From assembly GCA_013334245.1 (NCBI GenBank), contig JAAXXZ010000002.1, forward strand, positions 21,166 to 85,165: DNA of 64,000 nt, read 5' to 3'. This document shows positions 56,572-64,000 of the stretch, one piece after another (within the stretch, counting starts at the first letter, position 1; every line of letters begins with the position of its first letter). A program made the translations under genes and the position numbers. This DNA comes from Candidatus Moraniibacteriota bacterium. GTDB taxonomy: Bacteria > Patescibacteriota > Minisyncoccia > Moranbacterales > UBA1568. A model generated the notes under the pieces. That model was given only the letters and a program-made list of their open reading frames with translations, was not told the origin of the DNA and searched no databases.

Positions 56572-56777
56572 AACTCCGAAATGTACAAATATCTGTTCCG
56601 GATTAATTCATATTTTTCCGGCCCGGAAGGCATAAGGGGGGGGTGCTGACGGGACAAAATGTACCTGATGCATTTTCTGAGATCAAAATGAGAAAGATGT
56701 TAATGATTTCTTTGCCTCATTAAATTAGCTTTGACTAAGGCTAGTTTGGGGCGTAGAATCTATAAAATCATTACTTT

Positions 56778-59270
56778 ATGATTCCGGTTAGAATTAAGAA
56801 CAATTTATATAGATTTAAGAGTTTTTGGCTGTTCAAGAAATGGCTTAACAGGCCTGTATTTTTGTTTTGGGCAAATATGTTCCATGGGCATTACACTATG
56901 GATAATACTAAAAATTACATACGAATATTAAAGCCAACCATAGTTCCCTTTTTGGGATCTGTATTGTATAGCGCCTTTATCATATTTATTCTTGAGCTTT
57001 ACAATAAATATTTTCCAATAAATTCTCAGTTTTTTGATAAGGCTTCAACTGATTCATTGCTTACTGCTGTGGCTAGTCTTATGGGTGTATTTCTCGGACT
57101 TTATTTTGCAGCTCTTTCTGGCATTGCAAGCAATTTCTTAATAAGAGCAACACAGGATGTCAGAAGATTCTTTTTTTCTGCTCCCCTGGGGTTGCAATAT
57201 GTTCGCACTATTGCAATTACTGGAATTGTAAGCGTATTTTATTTATTCCTTAAATCGTTTGGGCACACCTTTCACCCCGTTGGCCTTGCTTTTCTGTCTC
57301 TATTAGCTGCATACATAATTATAAGGTTCTGGAGTATTGGATCTTCGGTTTTTAATTCAATGGAACCGGGCAGCTCCTTTCCATTTGTTAGAAAGGATAT
57401 AGAAGATTCTATAAAAGATATTGCACCACCAGGATTTCAATGGCAAACGCCATTGCTTCAAAATCATAGACGTAGATTGGTTGTTACTGATTTGGATTTG
57501 CTAGCAAACTTGGTAGATTTTGGAATTAAAGAACTCGAACTTCCTGATGAGCAGTTGCTTACAGCTATTGCTCACTTGCGATTAATCTTACTCAAATATT
57601 CAGAAAGCAAGGGAAAAATACCCAGAAAGAGTCTCTGGCATGAGACCAAAAGCCAGTTTGAGAATTGGGCATTTACTGACTCTACCCGAATTAGTCTTGC
57701 TCTAAATACCGGAACATCTATCCAGCCTAAATCAATTCAGGATTTCTTCTGGTTTGAAAATAGAGTCTTTGATATTGTCGTCAAAATACTCAATGAGCTT
57801 GGAAAAAAGAACAAAATACTATCTGTATTTCAGGGCTCTGAATATTTTATTGATGTGGCTGAAGAATATGGGGAAAATCTTGAAGAAGAAAATGTAAAAA
57901 CATTGCTTCAAAAACTAGAGGGAATTTTTTCCAACACTCATTTGGAGAAAACAGATGAAGGTCAAGTTGCGCACAAGGAGCAACTTGCACTTTTAGAAAC
58001 CCAGGGAAGATTAGCCATAGCCGCATTACTTGGGCTAATTAGACACATTGATAAATATCCTTGTGAAAAAATTTCATCGAAAATATCTGGGATTAATTGG
58101 AATTCCAAAAAGAAAGAAACTATTTATTTGACGGGACTTCCATCTTCCATGCTGCCAAGATTAGAAGAAATAGAAGCTAATCTGGAAAATGAAAAGGTTA
58201 TTGAGGGCAAGATACAATCTCCTAGATGGTATATAAAAACTCTTTGCATGCAACAGTACTTATACTCTCTTGAGAAGTATTTTATTTATATAAAATCATT
58301 GCATTCTAATTATTTTCAACGAAAATTCGATAAATTATTAGCAGAGGAACAATATTCGCTTGCAGTGCATTTCCTTCAAAGATGGCTTGAGTTTTCCAAT
58401 AAGTATCAGAGTTTAATTGGATATCTCAAAAAACAGGCTGAATGCTGTAGAAAATTTCATTGGGTAAAAGATTTGCCATTTCCAGACTTTGATTTTTCTC
58501 AAGAAGAAAAAACTGCTTTAGACAGAGAAAGAGAGGTTACTGATAAAATGATTCAGTTACTTCCCAAATTAAAATCAGCAGTAACTGGAAAAGAATTACC
58601 TGACTACTTTGGTCAAGCGCTCACTCTTGGGCTCCAAGCTTGCTATGAAGCATGCATGGATAATGATGTGGAAAGATTTATAAATATTTTCCCAATTATT
58701 TTTGATGCATCGCTGGTATCTCATGATAAAATTCGGAAAGAAGTTCAAAATTGGAGCCAGGACGATAGTAAGATTATTTACTCAACAGAACCACTGGCTA
58801 ATCTGTTCGAAATAAGTGGGTTTGCTCTTCTTTATGCGGAGCTATATCAAAAAAATGAACTCTGGGACATAACAAAAAAAACGTGGAATGCATATTTAAA
58901 AATTGTAGATGCTAAAGCGGCAATTCAGTTTATGATTGCAATTGTGGGATACCGAAATAGCTTGTTTGTCTTGATGCCCCAAGCAATTCTGAGAACAAAC
59001 TGGCAGATGAATTTTAATAGAAAAATGAAAGAAGCGGGGTTGCCAGTTTTTCCTGAAGATAGATATGGCAGAAAAGGAAAAATATCTCATAAAAGTGCGT
59101 TAATAAGAGTTATTGCAAAATGGGGAGGCCTATCAATATTTTCTGCCCAAGAAGTATTTTTCACTATTTATTTATCGAATCGTCCTGAAGCAAAAGACCT
59201 AGCTTTCCTAGATAAGCATGAGCTTAAAGAGGAGGTTGAAAAAGAGGAAAAAGGAAACATTGAAGAATAA
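56778..59270 (+). CDS. Hypothetical 830-aa protein: N-terminal 4-TM domain + large all-alpha cytoplasmic domain (AT-rich island, unknown function)
   Basis: Long ORF at about 31% GC. TM helices at about aa 55-75, 95-120, 150-170 and 175-195. No recognisable catalytic motif. Confidence 0.6.
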   Translation: MIPVRIKNNLYRFKSFWLFKKWLNRPVFLFWANMFHGHYTMDNTKNYIRILKPTIVPFLGSVLYSAFIIFILELYNKYFPINSQFFDKASTDSLLTAVASLMGVFLGLYFAALSGIASNFLIRATQDVRRFFFSAPLGLQYVRTIAITGIVSVFYLFLKSFGHTFHPVGLAFLSLLAAYIIIRFWSIGSSVFNSMEPGSSFPFVRKDIEDSIKDIAPPGFQWQTPLLQNHRRRLVVTDLDLLANLVDFGIKELELPDEQLLTAIAHLRLILLKYSESKGKIPRKSLWHETKSQFENWAFTDSTRISLALNTGTSIQPKSIQDFFWFENRVFDIVVKILNELGKKNKILSVFQGSEYFIDVAEEYGENLEEENVKTLLQKLEGIFSNTHLEKTDEGQVAHKEQLALLETQGRLAIAALLGLIRHIDKYPCEKISSKISGINWNSKKKETIYLTGLPSSMLPRLEEIEANLENEKVIEGKIQSPRWYIKTLCMQQYLYSLEKYFIYIKSLHSNYFQRKFDKLLAEEQYSLAVHFLQRWLEFSNKYQSLIGYLKKQAECCRKFHWVKDLPFPDFDFSQEEKTALDREREVTDKMIQLLPKLKSAVTGKELPDYFGQALTLGLQACYEACMDNDVERFINIFPIIFDASLVSHDKIRKEVQNWSQDDSKIIYSTEPLANLFEISGFALLYAELYQKNELWDITKKTWNAYLKIVDAKAAIQFMIAIVGYRNSLFVLMPQAILRTNWQMNFNRKMKEAGLPVFPEDRYGRKGKISHKSALIRVIAKWGGLSIFSAQEVFFTIYLSNRPEAKDLAFLDKHELKEEVEKEEKGNIEE

Positions 59271-59271
59271 T

Positions 59272-60321
59272 ATGAATAGCTTGATAAAAAAAATTATAGA
59301 AAAAATTAAACCTGTCTTGCGGGATCCTCTTTGTCTGAAAAAATGGGATTCTCCTGATCATTATGGGCATCGCTTAGAAGACAGTAATCGTCTATCCGTA
59401 AGGGTTTCAGGCTCCATGAGAAGAGATTTGTACTCTTATAATGGGGATGCTTTTATGTTCACTCAAGATATCTATGCTGGAATAATGCCATTCATGCATT
59501 ACAGAGGAAAAAGAGAAGCCTACCCAACTAAAGTAATGCCTGCAAATAAAGAGAAAGAGCAAATGATTTGCGAAGGAATTTCAGATAGAGGCAATGCATA
59601 TTTCATTGAGGATGCATTGTGTGATTTTGTTAGAAAAACAGCACAAATATTATGCACTGATGGCATTGTATTTTATGAGATAATTTATGACAAAGATGAA
59701 AATGGACAAATTGAGAGTTTTGAATTAGAAACAATCAGGTCAAAATATTTTTTCCGTTTTCTTGGAAATTATTACCAAATAATACCTTGGTGGGAGGCAA
59801 AAAGATCTCACGTTAGAGTTCAGCTTGTAAAAATTCCAAAAGACAAAATTTTAAGAATAGATATCCCTCTTGAACTTGGGGGTGGTAGAAAATTAAAGAG
59901 AGTAATCAAGCGGTTATGGAAATTGAGTAAAGAAATAATACCTATATTTCAAATGGAAGCGATGGAGAATGATAAGAGTATCGGTTTTGATATGGAAAAA
60001 TTTAGCATGGCCAAATATTTAGAAATAGCAAAAGTAACAAGAGATTTTGGGTGGAGCCAGAGACAACGAGCTGAGAGTAGTTCAATCACTGAATACTATC
60101 TGATATTGCGTCATTTAAGAACAAAGAAGGCGGAAGCTTTAATTAGGGAAAAAATTATATTGGAGTTAAACAATACTCTCAATGGACTAGTTTTAAATTT
60201 GGGCGTAAAAGTAAGTATGGACAACTTGTTTACGTTACGAGACGTGGAAAAACAAGAGGAAATTCTAAAAAAAGGAAATGTTACTTTTGTGGATATTGTT
60301 AATGCTATAAAACTAGAATAG
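59272..60321 (+). CDS. Hypothetical 349-aa protein, translationally coupled to upstream 830-aa gene (unknown function)
   Basis: ATG 2 nt after the upstream TAA. AT-rich. No recognisable motif. Confidence 0.6.
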   Translation: MNSLIKKIIEKIKPVLRDPLCLKKWDSPDHYGHRLEDSNRLSVRVSGSMRRDLYSYNGDAFMFTQDIYAGIMPFMHYRGKREAYPTKVMPANKEKEQMICEGISDRGNAYFIEDALCDFVRKTAQILCTDGIVFYEIIYDKDENGQIESFELETIRSKYFFRFLGNYYQIIPWWEAKRSHVRVQLVKIPKDKILRIDIPLELGGGRKLKRVIKRLWKLSKEIIPIFQMEAMENDKSIGFDMEKFSMAKYLEIAKVTRDFGWSQRQRAESSSITEYYLILRHLRTKKAEALIREKIILELNNTLNGLVLNLGVKVSMDNLFTLRDVEKQEEILKKGNVTFVDIVNAIKLE

Positions 60322-60447
60322 CTAAGCTTTATTCATCAAGGTTCTGACTTCTTCCATAACGTGGAGCAAAACGAAATCCGCCCGGAGCCGGAAAATGGGT
60401 TAAGTGCATTTTTTTAAAGATCACGTCTGATTCATTTCGCTTCTTAA

Positions 60448-60482
60448 CTAATATAAAAGGGTATACGTACGTATACCCTTTT
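60448..60482 (-). terminator. Perfect palindromic intrinsic terminator closing the rSAM-peptide operon
   Basis: aaaagggtatacgtacgtataccctttt. Confidence 0.75.
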
Positions 60483-60484
60483 GG

Positions 60485-60523
60485 TTACTTGCCGGCGGAG
60501 CCGGTGCTTGCGCCACTATCCAT
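60485..60523 (-). CDS. Tiny ORF 2: MDSGASTGSAGK (12 aa) with consensus SD, candidate ribosomal peptide
   Basis: Minus strand reads GAGGAGGtaaacgctATGGATAGTGGCGCAAGCACCGGCTCCGCCGGCAAGTAA. 8-nt SD-to-ATG spacing. It resembles tiny ORF 1. Confidence 0.45.
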   Translation of the reverse strand: MDSGASTGSAGK

Positions 60524-60576
60524 AGCGTTTACCTCCTCTGCGTCATTGTTTTTTTTTGAAAAAAGCCTCTGTTTGA

Positions 60577-60612
60577 CTACTTGCCTGTGGAACCGGTGTT
60601 TGCGCCGCCCAT
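60577..60612 (-). CDS. Tiny ORF 1: MGGANTGSTGK (11 aa), SD formed by last two Arg codons of rSAM gene, candidate ribosomal peptide
   Basis: Minus strand reads AGGAGGTGAgaataATGGGCGGCGCAAACACCGGTTCCACAGGCAAGTAG, immediately after the rSAM stop. Confidence 0.45.
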   Translation of the reverse strand: MGGANTGSTGK

Positions 60613-60617
60613 TATTC

Positions 60618-61760
60618 TCACCTCCTTTCGTGTTCGTTTTGATTTTGGAAAATTGTCGCTTCTATTGCAATTGCCTGTTCGAAATGCATGTCGAGCCACC
60701 TTCGCACGCATTCTTGATAGAGTTTCGAGAGGGTGTTGTCCGGTCCGATGGGGCCGACGGTGAGCGGAGAAAAGTCTTTGCCGAAACGCGATATGCCTGA
60801 CTGAAGCTCCCGTAGGGAATACGCATTGGCGTAGGGGAGCCGGAAACAGGCATCGGCATCGATGACGAAGGTTTCCTTCGGGGCTATGGAGTGCGGGAAA
60901 TATCGGATCTCGATACCGTCGATCTCGAACCAGACCGATGAATAGTCCGCGATTGCTTGTGAGAATGCGCAATCGAAGACTTTTCGCCCTACGGCTTCAA
61001 TCAGTTTTGGTACATCATCTGTCCAGTAGAACTTTAACGTGACGGGTCGATGTTTACTGATTTGCTTCAGTTGTCTCCAGGATTCCTTGAATTGTTCTGC
61101 GGTCACGGAGAGCGGCATGAGCTCGGGTCTGGCCGGGGTTACGGTCGTCACGTGCCACGCTTCGATACTTTGTGTCAGTGTATCGCATGTCGCGACGAGC
61201 GTATCGTAATTGAGGCCTGTGAGCGTGGTCAGCGCGCTTACCGATCCATTTGCAACAAGGATATCATGTGCGGCGTCGATGCCTGTGAGCGCATTACGGA
61301 ACGCCGTAGTGGAACATCGCTGCCGGTTGTGGACGGCCTCTGGTCCGTCTATCGAGATATCAAGCCCGTCGAAGCGGAATCCGGAGGCGAGAATCTCTGG
61401 CAGGTGCCGGACATACGAACCATTGTCGATAAGACCGATATAGGCATCTGGCCGTATTTGTCGTACCGCACGGAGCCAGTCGAGGTGTTCCGGCGAGAAG
61501 GTTCGGCCTTCGTGAATGAGGGCGAATCCATGGGGCATCTGCCGGGAAATCGTTTCGACGGCGATACCGAGAGCGTGACTGTCGGCTGGCAGCGAGTCAT
61601 CGTGGGGGAATATGCAGTGTCGGCATTGCAGATTACACTTCCTCGTACCGATGACAGAGAGAATGTTCGGGAGATCGTCGGGCATACGGGTACGGATCGC
61701 TTCGGCGGAACCCGCCTGACGCATGTATGCCAGCCACAAGTCGGCGACGGAATGTTTCAT
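60618..61760 (-). CDS. Radical SAM domain protein
   Basis: CNLQCRHC (Cx3Cx2C) near the N-terminus. The track ORF extends to 61820, but I prefer the start at MKHSVADLW. No SPASM-like Cys cluster. Confidence 0.75.
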   Translation of the reverse strand: MKHSVADLWLAYMRQAGSAEAIRTRMPDDLPNILSVIGTRKCNLQCRHCIFPHDDSLPADSHALGIAVETISRQMPHGFALIHEGRTFSPEHLDWLRAVRQIRPDAYIGLIDNGSYVRHLPEILASGFRFDGLDISIDGPEAVHNRQRCSTTAFRNALTGIDAAHDILVANGSVSALTTLTGLNYDTLVATCDTLTQSIEAWHVTTVTPARPELMPLSVTAEQFKESWRQLKQISKHRPVTLKFYWTDDVPKLIEAVGRKVFDCAFSQAIADYSSVWFEIDGIEIRYFPHSIAPKETFVIDADACFRLPYANAYSLRELQSGISRFGKDFSPLTVGPIGPDNTLSKLYQECVRRWLDMHFEQAIAIEATIFQNQNEHERR

Positions 61761-61946
61761 GGTCGTTTTGCTAGGGGTTGTGAAAGGGCTTTTCTGTCCA
61801 GAGTATGAGCTGGTGTTCAAGAATAGACAAAATAGATGAATGAAACAAAGTTCGATTTTGTATTTATATAAAGCAAAAGAAACGACATCTGATTCTATTC
61901 ATCAAAAATATTGACTCTTTGGATGATTCGGGAATATCATAGGCGT

Positions 61947-62744
61947 ATGGAACTCATGGAATCGCTCATCAATCTGGGACTCAACGACAAGGAAGCCAAG
62001 GTGTACCTGGCTCTGCTTCCGCTTGAAAAGGCGACGGCCTATACGGTCGCGGTCCGGAGTGGGCTCAAAAAGCCGACGGCCTATGTCGTGCTCGATACGT
62101 TGGTGGGAAAAGGGTTCGTCTTGAAGATACCGGGCTCGGACAAGCATCTGTTCATGGCGAAGTCCCCGAAGGAATGCGTCGCGGCCGCTCGACAACGACT
62201 CTCGACTGCCGAGGACGCCTTGCCGGAACTCATGGCCCTGCGCAAGAAAGGGGAGGAGAAGGCGAACGTTTCCTATTTCGAGGGGTTCGACGGGATACGG
62301 GAAATGTATACACGATTGGTGACGGATATGAAGGGGAGGCCGATCGGGGACCGCTCGTTTGTCGCCTTCTATGCGCACCAGAAACACACGCCGGACTTTC
62401 TTCGCGACTACTGGCTGGAATTGAACGAGACGTATCGGGAAGCCGGTATCCGTCGGAAGGCGATCACGACACTCGATCCGTCGATTCGGCAGTACCTGGA
62501 GGAAGAGACGAAACGTCGCTTCGGCATGGACCTGCGTCCGCTTCCGGAATCCGAGTATGCAAGCAATGTCTCCATCGAAATCTACGGCGACCGCGTGCAG
62601 ATCGTCTCGCATCGCGGGATTCAGGGCGTACTCATCGAACACCAAGATATCGCCGACGTCATGCGGCAGATATTCGCCTTGGTGTGGAAAACGACGGAAG
62701 TGACGAACGAAGGAAATGAATCGCAGGAACACCTAAACGGATGA
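61947..62744 (+). CDS. TrmB family transcriptional regulator (paralog of 19882)
   Basis: wHTH LINLGLNDKEAKVYLALLPLEKATAYTVAVRSGLKKPTAYVVLDTLVGKGFV. Divergent from the rSAM gene. Confidence 0.75.
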   Translation: MELMESLINLGLNDKEAKVYLALLPLEKATAYTVAVRSGLKKPTAYVVLDTLVGKGFVLKIPGSDKHLFMAKSPKECVAAARQRLSTAEDALPELMALRKKGEEKANVSYFEGFDGIREMYTRLVTDMKGRPIGDRSFVAFYAHQKHTPDFLRDYWLELNETYREAGIRRKAITTLDPSIRQYLEEETKRRFGMDLRPLPESEYASNVSIEIYGDRVQIVSHRGIQGVLIEHQDIADVMRQIFALVWKTTEVTNEGNESQEHLNG

Positions 62745-63838
62745 CTCTTGAAGACCTGGGATACGATGACTTTTTCGAATCGAGCCGCGCGGAGCGCGGA
62801 TCGGAGGGTGTTCGTGTCGCGCGGGTGATCGCGCAGGCGCGCGGCGGGTACCGGGTGAAGGATGCGGACGGGGAATATGTCGCCAAGGTGACGGGAAAGC
62901 GCATGCACACGGCTTCGTCGCGGGAGGACTATCCGGCCGTAGGGGACTGGGTGGAGCTCTCGGACGTCGCGGGAGGTCAGGCGGTGATTCAACAGATACT
63001 GCCGAGAAAAACCGTTATCCGGAGGAAGTCCGTCGGGAAGGGCAACGGATACGAGGGAAAGAGCGGGGTCCAGATTATCGCGACGAACGTCGACGTGGCC
63101 TTCGTCGTCGAGGCGGTCGACCGCGACTACAACCTGAACCGGATGGAGCGCTACTTCGCCATCGCACGTGACGGAGGCGTACGGCCGGCACTCATTTTGA
63201 ACAAAATGGATCTGATACCCGAAGAGGAGCGGGACGCGAAGGTCGCTGAAATCCGTGGACGGTTCGGGAATATCGACGTGATGACGACCAGCACCGTGAA
63301 CGGGGAAGGGGTGGGTTCGGTGCGGAACGCTATCGAGAAAGGGAAGACGTATTGCTTTCTGGGCTCATCGGGCGTCGGGAAGTCGTCGCTTATAAACGGT
63401 CTCCTTGAATCGGATGGCATCCTGACAGGTGAGATCGGCTCGTATTCCGGACGAGGAAAACATGTGACCACCGCGCGCGAGATGTATTTCCTCACAAACG
63501 GTGGGATAGTGATCGACAACCCCGGTGTCCGGGAAGTGGGGATGACGGATACGGAAACCGGTATCGAGGAAAGTTTCGACGAAATCGCTTCGCTTTCCGG
63601 AAAATGCCGGTTCGCCGACTGTACGCACGAACATGAGCCGGGATGTGCGGTCTTGGCCGCGCTTGGATCGGGGGAGATGAACCGGGAACGATACGACAAC
63701 TATCACAGGCTCCGGAAAGAGGCGGAGTTCTTCGGCTCGTCCGCGTTGGAGCGTCGCGACAAGGACCGGAGCTTCGGGAAATTCATGAAGACCGCCAAGA
63801 AGGAACTGAAGAAGCGCAAAGGGTGCTACGTGGACTGA
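62741..63838 (+). CDS. rsgA: Ribosome small-subunit-dependent GTPase A
   Basis: G4-G1-G3 circular permutation (LNKMDL, GSSGVGKSSLIN, DNPGVRE) and a C-terminal Zn finger (CRFADCTHEHEPGC). ATGA overlap with the TrmB stop. Confidence 0.9.
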   Translation: MTLEDLGYDDFFESSRAERGSEGVRVARVIAQARGGYRVKDADGEYVAKVTGKRMHTASSREDYPAVGDWVELSDVAGGQAVIQQILPRKTVIRRKSVGKGNGYEGKSGVQIIATNVDVAFVVEAVDRDYNLNRMERYFAIARDGGVRPALILNKMDLIPEEERDAKVAEIRGRFGNIDVMTTSTVNGEGVGSVRNAIEKGKTYCFLGSSGVGKSSLINGLLESDGILTGEIGSYSGRGKHVTTAREMYFLTNGGIVIDNPGVREVGMTDTETGIEESFDEIASLSGKCRFADCTHEHEPGCAVLAALGSGEMNRERYDNYHRLRKEAEFFGSSALERRDKDRSFGKFMKTAKKELKKRKGCYVD

Positions 63839-63860
63839 CGGAGCTATTGATTCAGCCTTT

Positions 63861-64000
63861 CTATTTCTTCGCCACCGCCCAGAGGGTGTCGAACTGGAGC
63901 TTTTGGAGAGCGGCGAATTCGGCACTCTCGACGATGAACCCGAACGATTCCTTGTTCGAGCTGATAAAGGCGACTTTCTGGTCGTACAGGATGTAGCTCA
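63861..64000 (-). CDS. Hypothetical protein, 3' end only (continues beyond window)
   Basis: Minus-strand open frame ending ...FDTLWAVAKK* with its stop at 63861-63863. Confidence 0.35.
   Translation of the reverse strand, partial: SYILYDQKVAFISSNKESFGFIVESAEFAALQKLQFDTLWAVAKK

Noticed and set aside
60491-60504. gccggcggagccgg resembling the tRNA-Asn 3' end, considered as an att remnant
   Set aside because: It lies inside tiny ORF 2 of the rSAM operon, encoding ...TGSAG, beyond the AT-to-GC composition boundary. This is most likely a coincidental GC-rich match. The copy at 60374-60390 is kept only as tentative.

Overview
Overall, this is a bacterial chromosomal window of about 57% GC, with small hypothetical membrane proteins and GIY-YIG/tRNA pairs that would fit a Patescibacteria-like genome. 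The backbone carries recognisable housekeeping genes: a 5'-partial pnp, yraN, a DksA/TraR-family gene, lspA, comM/yifB, a DUF348-G5-3D protein, rsmA, lemA-htpX, pyk, msrB-msrA, an M23 peptidase, a HAD hydrolase, dnaG-rpoD and rsgA.

The features I think are most unusual are these. (1) A radical SAM enzyme (60618-61760, minus) is followed on the same strand by two tandem 11-12 codon ORFs, MGGANTGSTGK and MDSGASTGSAGK. Each has an optimally spaced Shine-Dalgarno, and the pair is closed by a perfect intrinsic terminator. A TrmB-like regulator is divergently transcribed. This looks like a miniature precursor-peptide plus maturase cluster with no leader peptide. (2) tRNA-Ser(GGA) and tRNA-Asn(GUU) are each physically coupled to a small GIY-YIG nuclease ORF and flanked by short direct duplications of the tRNA 5' and/or 3' ends. 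These look like att-like scars of minimal GIY-YIG mobile elements. (3) An AT-rich (about 33% GC) island of about 8.8 kb lies downstream of tRNA-Asn. It carries stacked tRNA-3'-like remnants, an HTH_17-GHKL ATPase plus STAS(DUF4325) pair, an AbiEi/AbiEii system, a four-copy intergenic repeat family, an orphan membrane protein, and a translationally coupled two-gene module of unknown function (an 830-aa 4-TM protein plus a 349-aa protein). (4) A cell-surface locus contains two paralogous secreted proteins ending in a Y-x-D/E-T-L-T-V-V motif, two paralogous signal-peptide/C-terminal-anchor DUF916-like proteins, and a 1928-aa secreted giant with seven near-identical 126-bp LVIVD repeats and a poly-Gly tail. 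The giant is preceded by a consensus promoter and a terminator-like hairpin in its leader. (5) A sensor kinase is split across two overlapping ORFs next to a response regulator. (6) A roughly 520-nt region with a consensus promoter and terminator but no credible coding content may be an ncRNA.

I found no CRISPR array, rRNA, integrase or transposase.
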